From a virus (taxonomy: Duplodnaviria > Caudoviricetes), in the IMG/VR virus record IMGVR_UViG_3300049782_000146, positions 1 through 30,347 of that record: DNA of 30,347 nt; one strand, given 5' to 3'. The notes under the pieces were generated by a model, which searched no databases, was not told where the DNA came from, and saw only the letters and a program-made list of their open reading frames with translations. Position 1 is the first letter of the stretch, and the number at the start of each line of letters is the position of its first letter. Shown here one piece after another: positions 9,200 through 19,031 of the stretch. Position numbers and translations under genes: made by a program.

Positions 9200-10285
9200 G
9201 TGGCCCAAATTGACCGCATCGTTAACGTCCAGATCAGCCTGGCCACCACGGGTGTCCAGCAGCAGACCTTCAGCGACCTCCTGCTTCTGGCGACCTACGG
9301 AACCACGAACGACCCTCGGATCCAGATCATCACGCGAGCCGACGACCTGCTGGAGGCGCCTTTCGCCGGCATTGCCACCACCAGCGACGTTTACAAGGCC
9401 GCGCAGGTGGCATTCAGCCAGATCCCGGGACCGAACCGCATCTTCATCGGCCGGCGCAACTCTGCCGAGGCAGCGAATGTCGCCCTGGCGGCCATTCGTG
9501 CCGCAAACGACGACTGGTACGGCGTGGCCGAGGTCACACACACCGAAGCCGATCTCGCCACCATTGCCTCCTGGGCCGAGGCGAACGAGAAGCTCTTCCT
9601 CGCCGTCATCACTGACGTGGACGCCCCGACCTCAGCCACCGACGACGCTGGCTCGACGCTCAAGACCGGCAACTTCTATCGCACCGCATGGTGGTATCAC
9701 GCAGACGGGGATCAGTTCCCGGAGGTCGCTGCCGCGGCCCGCTGCTTCACCGTCCTTCCCGGCGGCGAGACCTGGGCGCTGAAGCGGCTCTCCGCCGTCT
9801 CGGCGCCGGCTCTCACCGAGGCGCAGGCCACCTTCATCTTCGGCAAGAACGGCAACACCTTCGAGCCGTTCGAGCGGACAAACGCCATCACCCAGAACGG
9901 CAAGGTGGCCGGCGGTGAGTGGATCGACATCATCCGCTTCCGCGACTGGCTATGCCAGGAGATCCGGGACCGGGTCTTCGTGGCCATGGTGAACCTCGAC
10001 AAGGTTCCTTACACCGATGCAGGCATTGCGGTGGTCAGCCAGGCCATGCGCGCGGCGCTGGACCTGGGCGTCCGGCGCGGCGGTATCGCCCCGCCGATGC
10101 CCGATGCGGACGTCCCGAACCGCATTATCCCGAGCTACACGGTCTCGGTGCCGGCCCGGTCGCAGGTGTCCTCCATCGACGTGGCAGCCCGCATCCTGCG
10201 CGACGTGAAGTTCACCGCCCGCCTGGCCGGTGCCATTCACGCCGTCGAGATCCGCGGCTCCCTGACCTACGACAACATCGGCTGA
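9200..10285 (+). CDS. Contractile tail sheath (DUF3383-type)
   Basis: IDRIVNVQI, PGGETWALK, GEWIDIIRFRDWL, KVPYTDAG, AGAIHAV. Confidence 0.92.
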   Translation: MAQIDRIVNVQISLATTGVQQQTFSDLLLLATYGTTNDPRIQIITRADDLLEAPFAGIATTSDVYKAAQVAFSQIPGPNRIFIGRRNSAEAANVALAAIRAANDDWYGVAEVTHTEADLATIASWAEANEKLFLAVITDVDAPTSATDDAGSTLKTGNFYRTAWWYHADGDQFPEVAAAARCFTVLPGGETWALKRLSAVSAPALTEAQATFIFGKNGNTFEPFERTNAITQNGKVAGGEWIDIIRFRDWLCQEIRDRVFVAMVNLDKVPYTDAGIAVVSQAMRAALDLGVRRGGIAPPMPDADVPNRIIPSYTVSVPARSQVSSIDVAARILRDVKFTARLAGAIHAVEIRGSLTYDNIG

Positions 10286-10297
10286 GGGCCCTGAACC

Positions 10298-10735
10298 ATG
10301 GCATCCGAAGTTCGCACCTATGCCTCTGAGCGGGTGCTCCTGATTGTCGGGGGCATTCCGCTGACGGGGCTCGCCGAGGACACCTTTGTCGAGATCGCCC
10401 CCTCTGCAGACCGGGTGACTGCCGCGGTCGGCGCAGATGGCGAGATCGCTCGGTCCATCAGCAGCAACCGCATGCACACGGTGACCATCACCCTGCAGGC
10501 CACGAGCCCGAGCAACGACGTGCTGTCGGGTTTCATGATGCTGGACAAGGTGACCGGCGGCGGCGGTGTCATCCCCGTCATGGTGTCCGACCTGTCCGGT
10601 CGGACGATGTTTGCCGCCTCTCAAGCTTGGATCACCGCGACGCCGTCGGTCTCCTTCGGCGGCGAAGCTGGCACCCGTGAGTGGACGCTTGCCACTGGCG
10701 AACCGGAGACCTTCACGATCGGGGGTAACCTGTGA
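10298..10735 (+). CDS. Tail tube protein (DUF3277-type)
   Basis: VGADGE, ITLQATSPSNDVL, REWT; follows the sheath. Confidence 0.85.
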   Translation: MASEVRTYASERVLLIVGGIPLTGLAEDTFVEIAPSADRVTAAVGADGEIARSISSNRMHTVTITLQATSPSNDVLSGFMMLDKVTGGGGVIPVMVSDLSGRTMFAASQAWITATPSVSFGGEAGTREWTLATGEPETFTIGGNL

Positions 10736-11196
10736 CCCGTCACGAGGTAAAGATCCGCAACCACGTATTTTACATTCGCCGCTTCGATCCCTTCACCGCG
10801 ACTGAGATCCTCGGCGATCTTCAGCGCGACTTCGCTGGCCCGTTGCTGGCGGGGCTGGGCAGCAACAAGCCGGGCGAGGCAGGAGGGGGCACGCAGGCCC
10901 TTATGGGCGGCTTGGCCGAACTCTCTGCCAAGATGGACGGCAAGAAGCTCCGCTCCTGGGCCGAGCGACTGCTGGACCCAGAGGTGGTCTCGGTCTCCAT
11001 CGGCGGCGGCGAGGCGCAGAAGCTGACCAAGGTGGCGCTCGCTCAGTCGATCGAGAGTTCCTCGGAACTGATGACCCTCTGCTTCGAGAGCGTGAAGTTC
11101 AACTTTGAGGATTTTCGCGAGCGCTGGAGCGGCCTCATTTCGTCGGCCCTCTCCCGGATGGCGGCAAGCCAGCCGGGAAACTCAGCGCTGAACTGA
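10732..11196 (+). CDS. Tail assembly chaperone (lambda gpG analogue)
   Basis: Between tube and tape measure; ends just after a slippery heptamer. Confidence 0.8.
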   Translation: MTRHEVKIRNHVFYIRRFDPFTATEILGDLQRDFAGPLLAGLGSNKPGEAGGGTQALMGGLAELSAKMDGKKLRSWAERLLDPEVVSVSIGGGEAQKLTKVALAQSIESSSELMTLCFESVKFNFEDFRERWSGLISSALSRMAASQPGNSALN

Positions 11197-11360
11197 AGGC
11201 GGAATACTTCATCTGGCGGCCGATCTACGCCGGGAAAGTCACTCTGTCTGAAGTCAAGTCCGGCGCTGCGGATCTGGTCGACATTCTCAAGCTGAACGCC
11301 CTGCTCGACTACGAGATGGCTCAGCAGCACGCCGCGTCGAAGAAAGGGGGCAAGCCTTGA
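11175..11360 (+). CDS. -1 frameshift extension of the tail chaperone (gpGT analogue)
   Basis: G GGA AAC at 11175-11181 is in register with the chaperone frame. The -1 frame is open (KLSAELKAEYFIWRPIYAGK...KGGKP*) to TGA 11358-11360, which overlaps the tape measure TTG. Confidence 0.85.
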   Translation, partial: GKLSAELKAEYFIWRPIYAGKVTLSEVKSGAADLVDILKLNALLDYEMAQQHAASKKGGKP

Positions 11361-13051
11361 TCGTTCGCGAGCTTGCCACGCTTCTCAATTTCCGTGTCGA
11401 TGACCGGCAGGCTGACCGCTACGAGCAGCGGCTCAATCAGATCAGCGCAACAGCGGCCCGCGCGGCGGGTGTGATCGCCGCAGCTCTTGGCGCCGCCTTC
11501 GGGATCGACAAGATCATCGAGGCCGGGGACGCCTACACCAACACGATGAACCGGCTCGGAGCGTCCACTTCGGGCCCTGAGCAGGCATCGGAAGCCTTCG
11601 AGAAGCTCTATTCCAGCGCCCGGGAGACCGGCGTCGCGGTTGGCGAGACCTCTAAGGCGTTCATGCGGTTCAGCCCGGCCATGACCCGCGCCGGCTACTC
11701 CATGGACGACACGATCGGACTGATCGACGGCATCCAGAAGGGGCTTCTTGCCGCGGGCTCTACTGCTGCGGAGACGTCCTCAATCTTCCTGCAGCTTGGT
11801 CAAGCGGTGAACTCCGGCTCGTTTGCCGGGGATGAACTCAAGGCGTTCCTGGAGGGCGCCCCGCCTGCTTTGGTGGCCCGTTTCGCCGAGGCGCTTGGCA
11901 CTACCGTCGACAAGCTCAAGGAGATGGGCTCCGAGGGGAAGCTCACCACCAAGAATGTGCTGCCGGCCCTTATGGCTGCAGCAAAGGCCGGGCGTGACGA
12001 GTTTGGACGCCTGCAGGTCACTGTTGGGCTTGCGACCGCTCGGTCCAAGGTGGCCTTCGATCGCTTCCTGGCGGAGTTCGAGCGCGGGTTCGGCATTACC
12101 GCCAAGCTGGCTGACCTGATTGAGCGGGCCGGCCGCAAGTTCGACGAATGGCGCCGGTTTATCCCGGTGATCCGGAACTTCGTGAACGAGTTCGGCGGGC
12201 TTGAGCGGATCCTCGGCGCTGTCGTGACTGGCCTTGGGTTCGTCACGGTGGGGGCATGGGCCCTGAACGGCGCCCTCACCGCGGTCCTGGCTCGTGTAGC
12301 CCTGCTCGCCGCGAAGTTCATGGCGGTTCTGGCCGTCGGCCTGCTGCTGCAGGACTTTTTCATCTGGCTATCGGGATCCGACACTAAGACCCTCTTCGGG
12401 GAATGGTTCGGCTCGGTCGACGATCTGCTGGCGCCGATCCAGCCCCAGCTCGAGGCGGTAAAGAAGCTCTTCGCGGGCACGCCGGACGAGATCCGGGCAG
12501 CCTGGGACCAGCTCAAGGAGTATTTCCGCAACTGGGCGGGCGAGGCCTTCGCCAACTTCCCGCCGGCCTTCCGCCAGTGGCTCGGCATCGGCGACCAACG
12601 CGGCGAGGCCCAGCCCCCGCCGCAGGACGACCGCAGCCATGGCGACGGCTGGCGCGACTATCAGCGGGAGCGGTTCGGCCAAGTCCCTATGGGCGACGCC
12701 ATTCGCAACTGGTTCTCAGACCGCCTTGGCGCCCTCGGCTTTCGTCGGCAGATCGAGCAGGCCGACGGAACCATGCGGCCGTTGCGTCCTGGTGAGAGCA
12801 TGAGCGACGCCATGCTGAGCCGAGGCCTTCCAGCCTCGGGGCCGGTCACGCTGAACCAGAACAACACTTTCAACAACAACACGACAGTGACCGCGACTGG
12901 GACGTCCGGCGCAGAGATCGCCGGAGCGGCCGAGCGCGGCGTCTCCCGCGGGACTGATGATATCCGCCTCGGCGCAGGTCAGGCGGCCCGGGACCTGCTG
13001 ATGGCGATCCCCCGCACTGAGGGTGCATCCACGACGGGGGGCGGCTTCTAG
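11357..13051 (+). CDS. Tape measure protein
   Basis: MIVRELATLLNF start, tape-measure domain QLGQAVNSGSFAGDELKAFLE, central hydrophobic segment. Confidence 0.92.
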   Translation: MIVRELATLLNFRVDDRQADRYEQRLNQISATAARAAGVIAAALGAAFGIDKIIEAGDAYTNTMNRLGASTSGPEQASEAFEKLYSSARETGVAVGETSKAFMRFSPAMTRAGYSMDDTIGLIDGIQKGLLAAGSTAAETSSIFLQLGQAVNSGSFAGDELKAFLEGAPPALVARFAEALGTTVDKLKEMGSEGKLTTKNVLPALMAAAKAGRDEFGRLQVTVGLATARSKVAFDRFLAEFERGFGITAKLADLIERAGRKFDEWRRFIPVIRNFVNEFGGLERILGAVVTGLGFVTVGAWALNGALTAVLARVALLAAKFMAVLAVGLLLQDFFIWLSGSDTKTLFGEWFGSVDDLLAPIQPQLEAVKKLFAGTPDEIRAAWDQLKEYFRNWAGEAFANFPPAFRQWLGIGDQRGEAQPPPQDDRSHGDGWRDYQRERFGQVPMGDAIRNWFSDRLGALGFRRQIEQADGTMRPLRPGESMSDAMLSRGLPASGPVTLNQNNTFNNNTTVTATGTSGAEIAGAAERGVSRGTDDIRLGAGQAARDLLMAIPRTEGASTTGGGF

Positions 13052-13704
13052 TGTTCAGCTTCCTCCAGTTCCAGGACCGACGTTCCAAGCTCGGCGGCCT
13101 CATTCTCGACGTGCTGGTGAGCGAGGAAATCGAGCTTGAGGCGGAGGTGACGCGCTATCCAGTGGAGGATGGCACGATCATCTCCGACCACATCACGCAG
13201 GGGCCGGAGCGGCTCCGCATCTCCGGTCTGGTGAGCACAGCCGATGTGACGGCCTTCGCCTTCGTGACCTCGGCAGTTTCGCTGCTGCGGGGCGAAGACG
13301 GCCCCGGCGCCACGAAACTGGTGGATGCGATTGACCTCCTTCGCTCCATGCATAAGGCACGGGCACTGGTGACCGTCAGCACGGGGCAGATGCTCTACGA
13401 GGAAATGGGCTTCACGCGCCTCAAGGCGGTGCGGTCGAACGGCGACAAGGGCGGTAACTGGCTGCAGATCGACGCGGAACTGATGAAGGTCCGCAAGGTC
13501 AAGCTTAAGACGGCCGAAGTGCCTGAGAAGCCTGCGGCTAAGCCGGCGCAGGGCCGGGCAGGAACCACGAACACGCCGGCCGGGCGCAGTAGCTCGAGCA
13601 GCACGCCTGCGGGGGCTGGCGCTGCGGCTCCTCGCGCAGTCTCCCCGGCCTTCGCCACGCGCGACAAGCTTCGCGAACTGCTGCCAGGGGTGTTCGGCCA
13701 ATGA
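13051..13704 (+). CDS. Baseplate / tube-initiator (Dit-like) protein
   Basis: VTRYPVEDGTIISDHI motif; follows the tape measure gene. Confidence 0.8.
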   Translation: MFSFLQFQDRRSKLGGLILDVLVSEEIELEAEVTRYPVEDGTIISDHITQGPERLRISGLVSTADVTAFAFVTSAVSLLRGEDGPGATKLVDAIDLLRSMHKARALVTVSTGQMLYEEMGFTRLKAVRSNGDKGGNWLQIDAELMKVRKVKLKTAEVPEKPAAKPAQGRAGTTNTPAGRSSSSSTPAGAGAAAPRAVSPAFATRDKLRELLPGVFGQ

Positions 13705-14018
13705 TGCGCCTGGGCGTCATCGACGCAAACGACCAGATCATCGAGGCGGACCTGGACGGCGCCACCTATCACGTCGGCCTTTCGTGGAACGAGGAAGGCG
13801 GGCTCTGGACAATGAGCCTGCGGAACCTGGATCACATCCTTCTGGTGTCCGGTATCGCAGTCGTCTCCATGTCGCCTCTGTTGCGGCAGGTGCGGCGCGA
13901 CACCCTGCCCCCGGGCGAGTTCATTGTGGACGCCGCTCCCGGCACCGTCCTGACGCGCGACAGTTTCACCAGCGGCAAAGCTGGGCTTTGGTACTTCCCG
14001 CCGGATGACCTCGTCTGA
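13701..14018 (+). CDS. Baseplate plug-like protein
   Basis: LDGATY...WNEEGGLWTMSL; syntenic position. Confidence 0.72.
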   Translation: MMRLGVIDANDQIIEADLDGATYHVGLSWNEEGGLWTMSLRNLDHILLVSGIAVVSMSPLLRQVRRDTLPPGEFIVDAAPGTVLTRDSFTSGKAGLWYFPPDDLV

Positions 14019-14977
14019 TGCGCTTCGACCGCGCCTATTCTCTCATCGTCGGGCCCGGCGGCGGCACAGGGGTGGAGATCGACAACCTCCGGATCACCTT
14101 CGAGGTGTCGAAGGACGACAAGAAGAAGCCCAACCGCTCCCAGATCGAGATCTACAACCTCGCTCCCGATCGGCGGGCTGCCCTTGAGAAGCCGGACACC
14201 CGTTGCGTCCTCAAGGCCGGCTATTGGGAGGAAGAGGGGCCGCTCGAGCTTTACCGCGGGGATGTGGTCTTTGCCTGGACGGCCTATGACGGTCCGGACG
14301 TGATCACAACGCTGGAACTCGGCGAAGGCAACGCGACCTATCGCGACAGCGTCATCACCAAGGGATACCCGGCCGGGATCACGGCCCATCAAGCACTCCG
14401 GGATCTCGCCAAGCAGATGGGCCTGACGCTCTCCCTGCCAGACGATGCCCCGAACCGCACATGGTCTGGCGGGCTTTCGCTTCACGGCTCGGCGCGCGCC
14501 GCGCTGGACAAGGTGACGGCAGCCGCCGGCCTCTCCTGGTCCATTCAGGGAGGCACGCTGCAGGTGATCCGCCGCGGCGGAAACACCAACCGCACCGTCT
14601 TCGACCTGGCTGCCGATAGTGGGCTCATTGGCAGCCCCGAGCGGCAGCGCCAGGGCCGGCAGGCTGCGGCGCAGGTGACGGACGAGGCCACTCGCAGGCC
14701 ACGCCGGGTTCAGGCCGAGAGCGGCTTCGATGGTTGGCGGGTCAAGTCGCTGCTCCTGCCGACCCTACTGCCCGGTGACCGGGTGAAGCTCTCGGCTCGC
14801 GGGGTGGATGGCGTGCTGACGATCAAGGATCTCCGGCACATTGGCGACACCCATGAAGGGGACTGGGTCACTGAGCTTCGGCTTGTGGATCCTGCCAAGG
14901 CCGAGACCGACCGGCGGGACCAGCGCCCGCAGCCGCAGACCCAGAACCGCCAGAGCAACGCAGGAGGCGCGCGGTGA
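14018..14977 (+). CDS. Baseplate hub protein
   Basis: IEIYNL, LKAGY, WSIQGG, SGLIGSP, HIGDTHEGDW. Confidence 0.82.
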   Translation: MRFDRAYSLIVGPGGGTGVEIDNLRITFEVSKDDKKKPNRSQIEIYNLAPDRRAALEKPDTRCVLKAGYWEEEGPLELYRGDVVFAWTAYDGPDVITTLELGEGNATYRDSVITKGYPAGITAHQALRDLAKQMGLTLSLPDDAPNRTWSGGLSLHGSARAALDKVTAAAGLSWSIQGGTLQVIRRGGNTNRTVFDLAADSGLIGSPERQRQGRQAAAQVTDEATRRPRRVQAESGFDGWRVKSLLLPTLLPGDRVKLSARGVDGVLTIKDLRHIGDTHEGDWVTELRLVDPAKAETDRRDQRPQPQTQNRQSNAGGAR

Positions 14978-15576
14978 GCGACTATGCCGACGCGCTCGAA
15001 AGCGCGGTCCGCTCGGTGATGAGCGAGATGAACACCGTGGCTCCAGGCCGCGTGGTCTCCTACGACCCCGCCACAAATCGGGCCGTGGTGCAGCCGGTGC
15101 TGCCGAAGCGCCTAGCGGACGGCACTGAGTTGCCGGCGCCTACCATTGCCGAGGTCCCGGTCATTTGGCCGACCTCTGGCGCTTCAGTCTTCACCATGCC
15201 GATCCGGCCTGGCGATCAGGTCTGGCTTGAATTCTCGCAGCGGAGCCTCGAGGGCTGGCTTGGCGGCAATGACGGCGCCCCAGACGATCCTCGTCAGTTC
15301 GACTTAACCGATTGCGTCGCGCGGCCGGGCGGTGGCCGGGACGTGCGCGGGGTCGACACCGAGGCTGTGGTCCTGGCGAACGGCCCGACCAAGTTCCGCC
15401 TCCTGCCAAATGGCACGACGGAATACACAGGCAACCTGCTGGTGACCGGAGACGTGATCGTGACCGGCTCAGTGACCGCGACAGAGCAGGTCGCGGCGGC
15501 GGGCATCAACTTGCGCACCCACACCCATGGCGAAACCGGGACAGGGGGCGGCACTACGACGCCGCCGAACGGATGA
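14974..15576 (+). CDS. Baseplate central spike (Gp138/gpV-like)
   Basis: PGRVVSYDP, VPVIWP, RQFDLTD; C-terminal HTH (His-x-His) metal-binding tip LRTHTHG. Confidence 0.88.
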   Translation: MSDYADALESAVRSVMSEMNTVAPGRVVSYDPATNRAVVQPVLPKRLADGTELPAPTIAEVPVIWPTSGASVFTMPIRPGDQVWLEFSQRSLEGWLGGNDGAPDDPRQFDLTDCVARPGGGRDVRGVDTEAVVLANGPTKFRLLPNGTTEYTGNLLVTGDVIVTGSVTATEQVAAAGINLRTHTHGETGTGGGTTTPPNG

Positions 15577-15944
15577 TCGACTTCAAACTCGACCCGATCA
15601 CGCGGGACATGGTGTTCGGGACTTCGTCGCGCGGTGCCACGCTCATCCCCCTGGACGGCGCCGAGCGGGTCGCCCAGGCGATCGGTATCCGGCTCCGGAC
15701 GTGGCTTGGCGAATGGTTCCTCAACGCCACTCACGGCGTTCCCTACGTGGACGAGGTGCTGGGCAAGGGGCGCCGGCCGGAGATGGTGGAGGCGGTGCTG
15801 CGAGCGCAGATCCTCGGCGTGGCCGGGGTGCGGAGCATCCAGAGATTTAGCCTGAGCCTGAACGCCCAGGCCCGGACGGTTCGGGTGGACTTTGCTGCGG
15901 TGTCGGCAGAGGGGCTGGTGTCGGGGACTGTGGCTCTGGGCTGA
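15573..15944 (+). CDS. Baseplate wedge / sheath initiator (gp25-like)
   Basis: ATG 15573 (ATGA overlap); VAQAIGIRLRTWLGEWFL...GVPY. Confidence 0.82.
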   Translation: MIDFKLDPITRDMVFGTSSRGATLIPLDGAERVAQAIGIRLRTWLGEWFLNATHGVPYVDEVLGKGRRPEMVEAVLRAQILGVAGVRSIQRFSLSLNAQARTVRVDFAAVSAEGLVSGTVALG

Positions 15945-16224
15945 GAAGCCGGTACGCAAACTCCTGAAAGCTGGCGACGTAGCAAGTTGGCGTGCCGGCG
16001 GCGCGTAATCTCGCCTCCATCATCATGCCGGCCGGAACGAACATCTCCGGGGGCGGGGGGACGCGGCGCAAATAGGCGATAGGACCGGCTACGCAGGGGT
16101 CGGCTACTCCACTGATCGCTACCGGGACGGCCCAGAGTGCTGCGCCTAAGAGTACTCCGAGGACGCCTACCAGCGCCAAAGTCCGGCCTGCCACACGCCA
16201 TGCCGTTCGTCGCACCTCGCTCAT
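15847..16224 (-). CDS. Putative small membrane-anchored moron protein, antisense to the baseplate operon
   Basis: Basic N-terminus plus a hydrophobic helix (TLALVGVLGVLLGAALWAVPVAI); occupies the 330-bp gap between wedge and baseplate J; 3' end overlaps the wedge gene. Confidence 0.5.
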   Translation of the reverse strand: MSEVRRTAWRVAGRTLALVGVLGVLLGAALWAVPVAISGVADPCVAGPIAYLRRVPPPPEMFVPAGMMMEARLRAAGTPTCYVASFQEFAYRLLSPEPQSPTPAPLPTPQQSPPEPSGPGRSGSG

Positions 16225-16276
16225 AGTTCTCGCTCTGCTGACTGTCTGCTCGACCCCAATATCACGCGGAGGCCCC

Positions 16277-17731
16277 GTGTCCGAAACGCTCAGCTATGGC
16301 CTCGGGGCCGGTGGCTTCGTCCGCATGCGACTGCCGGAAATCCGCCGGGCCATCTTTGACGACCTCCGGACCCGCACGGGCCAGACTTTCGACGAGACCC
16401 CCGACAGCCTGACGGGCCAGTTCGTGAGCATCTTCGCTGAGCGGGAAGCAGCCATCTGGGAGCTGGCTGAAGCGGTCTACCTGTCTGCCTATCCGGCCAC
16501 CGCCCAGGGCGTCGCCCTCGACTACGCCGTCAGCTACGCCGGGGTGACCCGGATCCAGCCATCATTCAGCTCCGCGCGTCTGCTGTTCTACGGGGACCAA
16601 GGGACTGTGGTTCAGGTGGGTTCGGTCATCGAGAGCACCTACCTGGAGCCTGGCTCCCCAAGCCTGGCGCGCTTTGAGCTACCGGCCGACGTGACGATCA
16701 CGCGGGACAATGCGGCGGACCTGCTGCTCATTGTGCCGGCCCCCGTCGCCGCGGGAACGTCCTACACGGTCATGTGGAACGGGCTCGGCGCCACCTATGT
16801 CGCGGAGACGGGGGACAGCACCACGGACGTGGTGAACGCCCTAGCGGCCGACCTGATCGTCCTGGGGGCCACCGTCTCGGCCAGTTCGGACCGCTTCCGG
16901 ATCACCAGCCTGACCTCCTTCACGACGGAATGGTCCGCCCCCCTGACCCTGGGCGAACTCGGCAGCCCGGGCACGGTTCTGGCGCTTGAGCAGGGGGCGG
17001 TCGTCGCGCCGGCCGGTTCGCTGACCACCATCGTCACGCCGACGTCCGGCTGGAACGCCGTTCGGCAACCGGCCGCAGCCTCGCTCGGCACGCTGCTGGA
17101 GACCGACGAGGATCTCCGTGCCCGTTACTCCACAGGGGTCTATCGCCTGGGTGCGGCCACGCTGCCCTCCATCAAGGCGAACCTCGAGCAGGACATTCGG
17201 GGGGTTTCCAGCCTCGCGGTCTATGAGAACTCAACCAGCGCGACCGACACCGATGGCCGACCGCCTCACTCCATCGAGGTTGTCATCGAAGGCGGTGACA
17301 GCGGGGACATCGCGGCCCGGATCTTTGCCCTGAAGGCGGCTGGGATCACCGCCTACGGCAACACCAGCGCGGTCGCTCTGGACGACACCGGCTTCCCTCA
17401 CCCGATCGGGTTCTCGCGCCCCGAGCCGCAGCTCGTCTGGCTCAAGGCGGTACTCACCACGACCAACGAGGAGACGGTTCCCGGCGACGTGGCCGAGCGG
17501 GCCCGCCAGGCGATGGTCGCTGCCGGAAATGACCTTGGGGTGGGCGAGGACGTGCTCCTGCAGCGCATCGCTGCCGCAGTCTTTGCCGCGACGACTGGTG
17601 TGGCGCGCGTGGCACTGACTGCCGTGGTCAGCGACACCACCCCGGCACCAGGTGACTACACTTCGACGGACATCACGATTGGTCCGCGGGAGCGCGCCGC
17701 CTTCTCGGCCGCTCGGACGCAGGTGAGCTGA
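16277..17731 (+). CDS. Baseplate J-like protein
   Basis: PATAQGVALD, ETDEDLRAR, RPPHSIEVVIEGG, KAAGITAYG; GGAGG RBS. Confidence 0.92.
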   Translation: MSETLSYGLGAGGFVRMRLPEIRRAIFDDLRTRTGQTFDETPDSLTGQFVSIFAEREAAIWELAEAVYLSAYPATAQGVALDYAVSYAGVTRIQPSFSSARLLFYGDQGTVVQVGSVIESTYLEPGSPSLARFELPADVTITRDNAADLLLIVPAPVAAGTSYTVMWNGLGATYVAETGDSTTDVVNALAADLIVLGATVSASSDRFRITSLTSFTTEWSAPLTLGELGSPGTVLALEQGAVVAPAGSLTTIVTPTSGWNAVRQPAAASLGTLLETDEDLRARYSTGVYRLGAATLPSIKANLEQDIRGVSSLAVYENSTSATDTDGRPPHSIEVVIEGGDSGDIAARIFALKAAGITAYGNTSAVALDDTGFPHPIGFSRPEPQLVWLKAVLTTTNEETVPGDVAERARQAMVAAGNDLGVGEDVLLQRIAAAVFAATTGVARVALTAVVSDTTPAPGDYTSTDITIGPRERAAFSAARTQVS

Positions 17732-18408
17732 TGGCTCGGCTTCCGCAGGATGAGGTGGCCTGGAGCCACATCCTTCGCCAGCACGCCAACAAGTCCAAGA
17801 CGGAAGGCTTCGTTCGGGCATTCTATCCGCCCCTCACGGCTGCGGCCTCTGCCCTGGACGGTCTGGCCGGGGACAAAGGGCTCGACGCCGCCGTAGGTTC
17901 CCATCTGGACCTGATCGGTTCTATCGTCGGCATCACGCGAGATATCCCGAACGGCGTTTATATCGCCTATTTCGGCTTTCAGTCGCAGCCAGCCGGACGG
18001 GCGTTCGGTGTGGCGCGCATGCGGCGCGACGGTGAGCCGATCGCCACCAGTTACACGGCGGCAGACGCCGAGTACCGGACTATGATCCGGGCCAAGATTG
18101 CTCTGAACAATGGGCACGGGACGGCTTCCGAGATAGCCGCTTCTCTGCGGCGGGCTTTTGCCACGGATCTGGTCTCCGTGCGTGACGGGGCGCCGGGCGT
18201 CATTGAGGCGTGGATTGGGCGCATTCCCTCAGCCGAGGACACGACCGAGGCCCTGATCGAGCCCTTGCTGCCGCGTGCGGCCGGAGTGCGCATCCACTTC
18301 AACTACTACACGCCTGACTTCTTCGGCTTTGTGGGCCAGCCAGGCGCCACTGGCTTCAATCAGGGCGCGATGGCTCGTGCCTCCTCCAGCAATCTCAACC
18401 CGCTCTAG
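17731..18408 (+). CDS. Baseplate wedge protein (DUF2612-type)
   Basis: AVGSHLDLIGSIVG, YRTMIRAKIALN, LPRAAGV. Confidence 0.85.
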   Translation: MARLPQDEVAWSHILRQHANKSKTEGFVRAFYPPLTAAASALDGLAGDKGLDAAVGSHLDLIGSIVGITRDIPNGVYIAYFGFQSQPAGRAFGVARMRRDGEPIATSYTAADAEYRTMIRAKIALNNGHGTASEIAASLRRAFATDLVSVRDGAPGVIEAWIGRIPSAEDTTEALIEPLLPRAAGVRIHFNYYTPDFFGFVGQPGATGFNQGAMARASSSNLNPL

Positions 18409-18416
18409 GAGCCGTC

Positions 18417-19028
18417 ATGGCCTTCTTTGATCGCTTCACCAAGCGGTGGGCGTCCACTGGTGTCGTCACCGAGCCGACCGATGGGCAGGCTGCCGCCGGC
18501 TTCGCGCATCTGGGGGCTAATCCGCCCACGGTGGAAGAGTTCAACGCCCTCTTCCAGTGGCTCGATGACAAGGATGGGTGGCTTTACTCGAACCTCGTCG
18601 AACTCATGGTGTATGGTGGCCAAGCTGCCTCTGCCGGCAACACAGTTGCGCTGCGTGAGGCTGTCAAGACCCGGCTCGCCGACAAAGTCAGCAAGAACAG
18701 TGGCTTCGCCGAGCTTGGAGGTCACGCCCTCTCGTTCGGGCAGAACGGTTACTGCAAATTTCCCAACGGCCTCATCGTTCAGTGGGGCAACAACTCGACT
18801 GGCGCGGGCGGGAACGTGAACTTCGCCTTCCCACTAGCCTTTCCGACCGCCTGCCGGGCGGTCATCGCCATGGAGGCATCTGCAGATGGGTGGGGTCCAG
18901 GGTCCTGCCGAGTGTTTGGCTGCAATCTTAAGACGACTGCCGGGATGATTATCTCATCCGCTGTGGTTACGGCAGGTGGCGTGACTTTCGGAGGCGCCAA
19001 CTTCGATTGGATTGCTGTGGGGCACTGA
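18417..19028 (+). CDS. Short tail fibre protein (gp53-like C-terminus)
   Basis: PPTVEEFN N-terminal anchor; NGYCKFPNGLIVQWG, FPLAFPTAC, WIAVGH. Confidence 0.85.
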   Translation: MAFFDRFTKRWASTGVVTEPTDGQAAAGFAHLGANPPTVEEFNALFQWLDDKDGWLYSNLVELMVYGGQAASAGNTVALREAVKTRLADKVSKNSGFAELGGHALSFGQNGYCKFPNGLIVQWGNNSTGAGGNVNFAFPLAFPTACRAVIAMEASADGWGPGSCRVFGCNLKTTAGMIISSAVVTAGGVTFGGANFDWIAVGH

Positions 19029-19031
19029 GAA

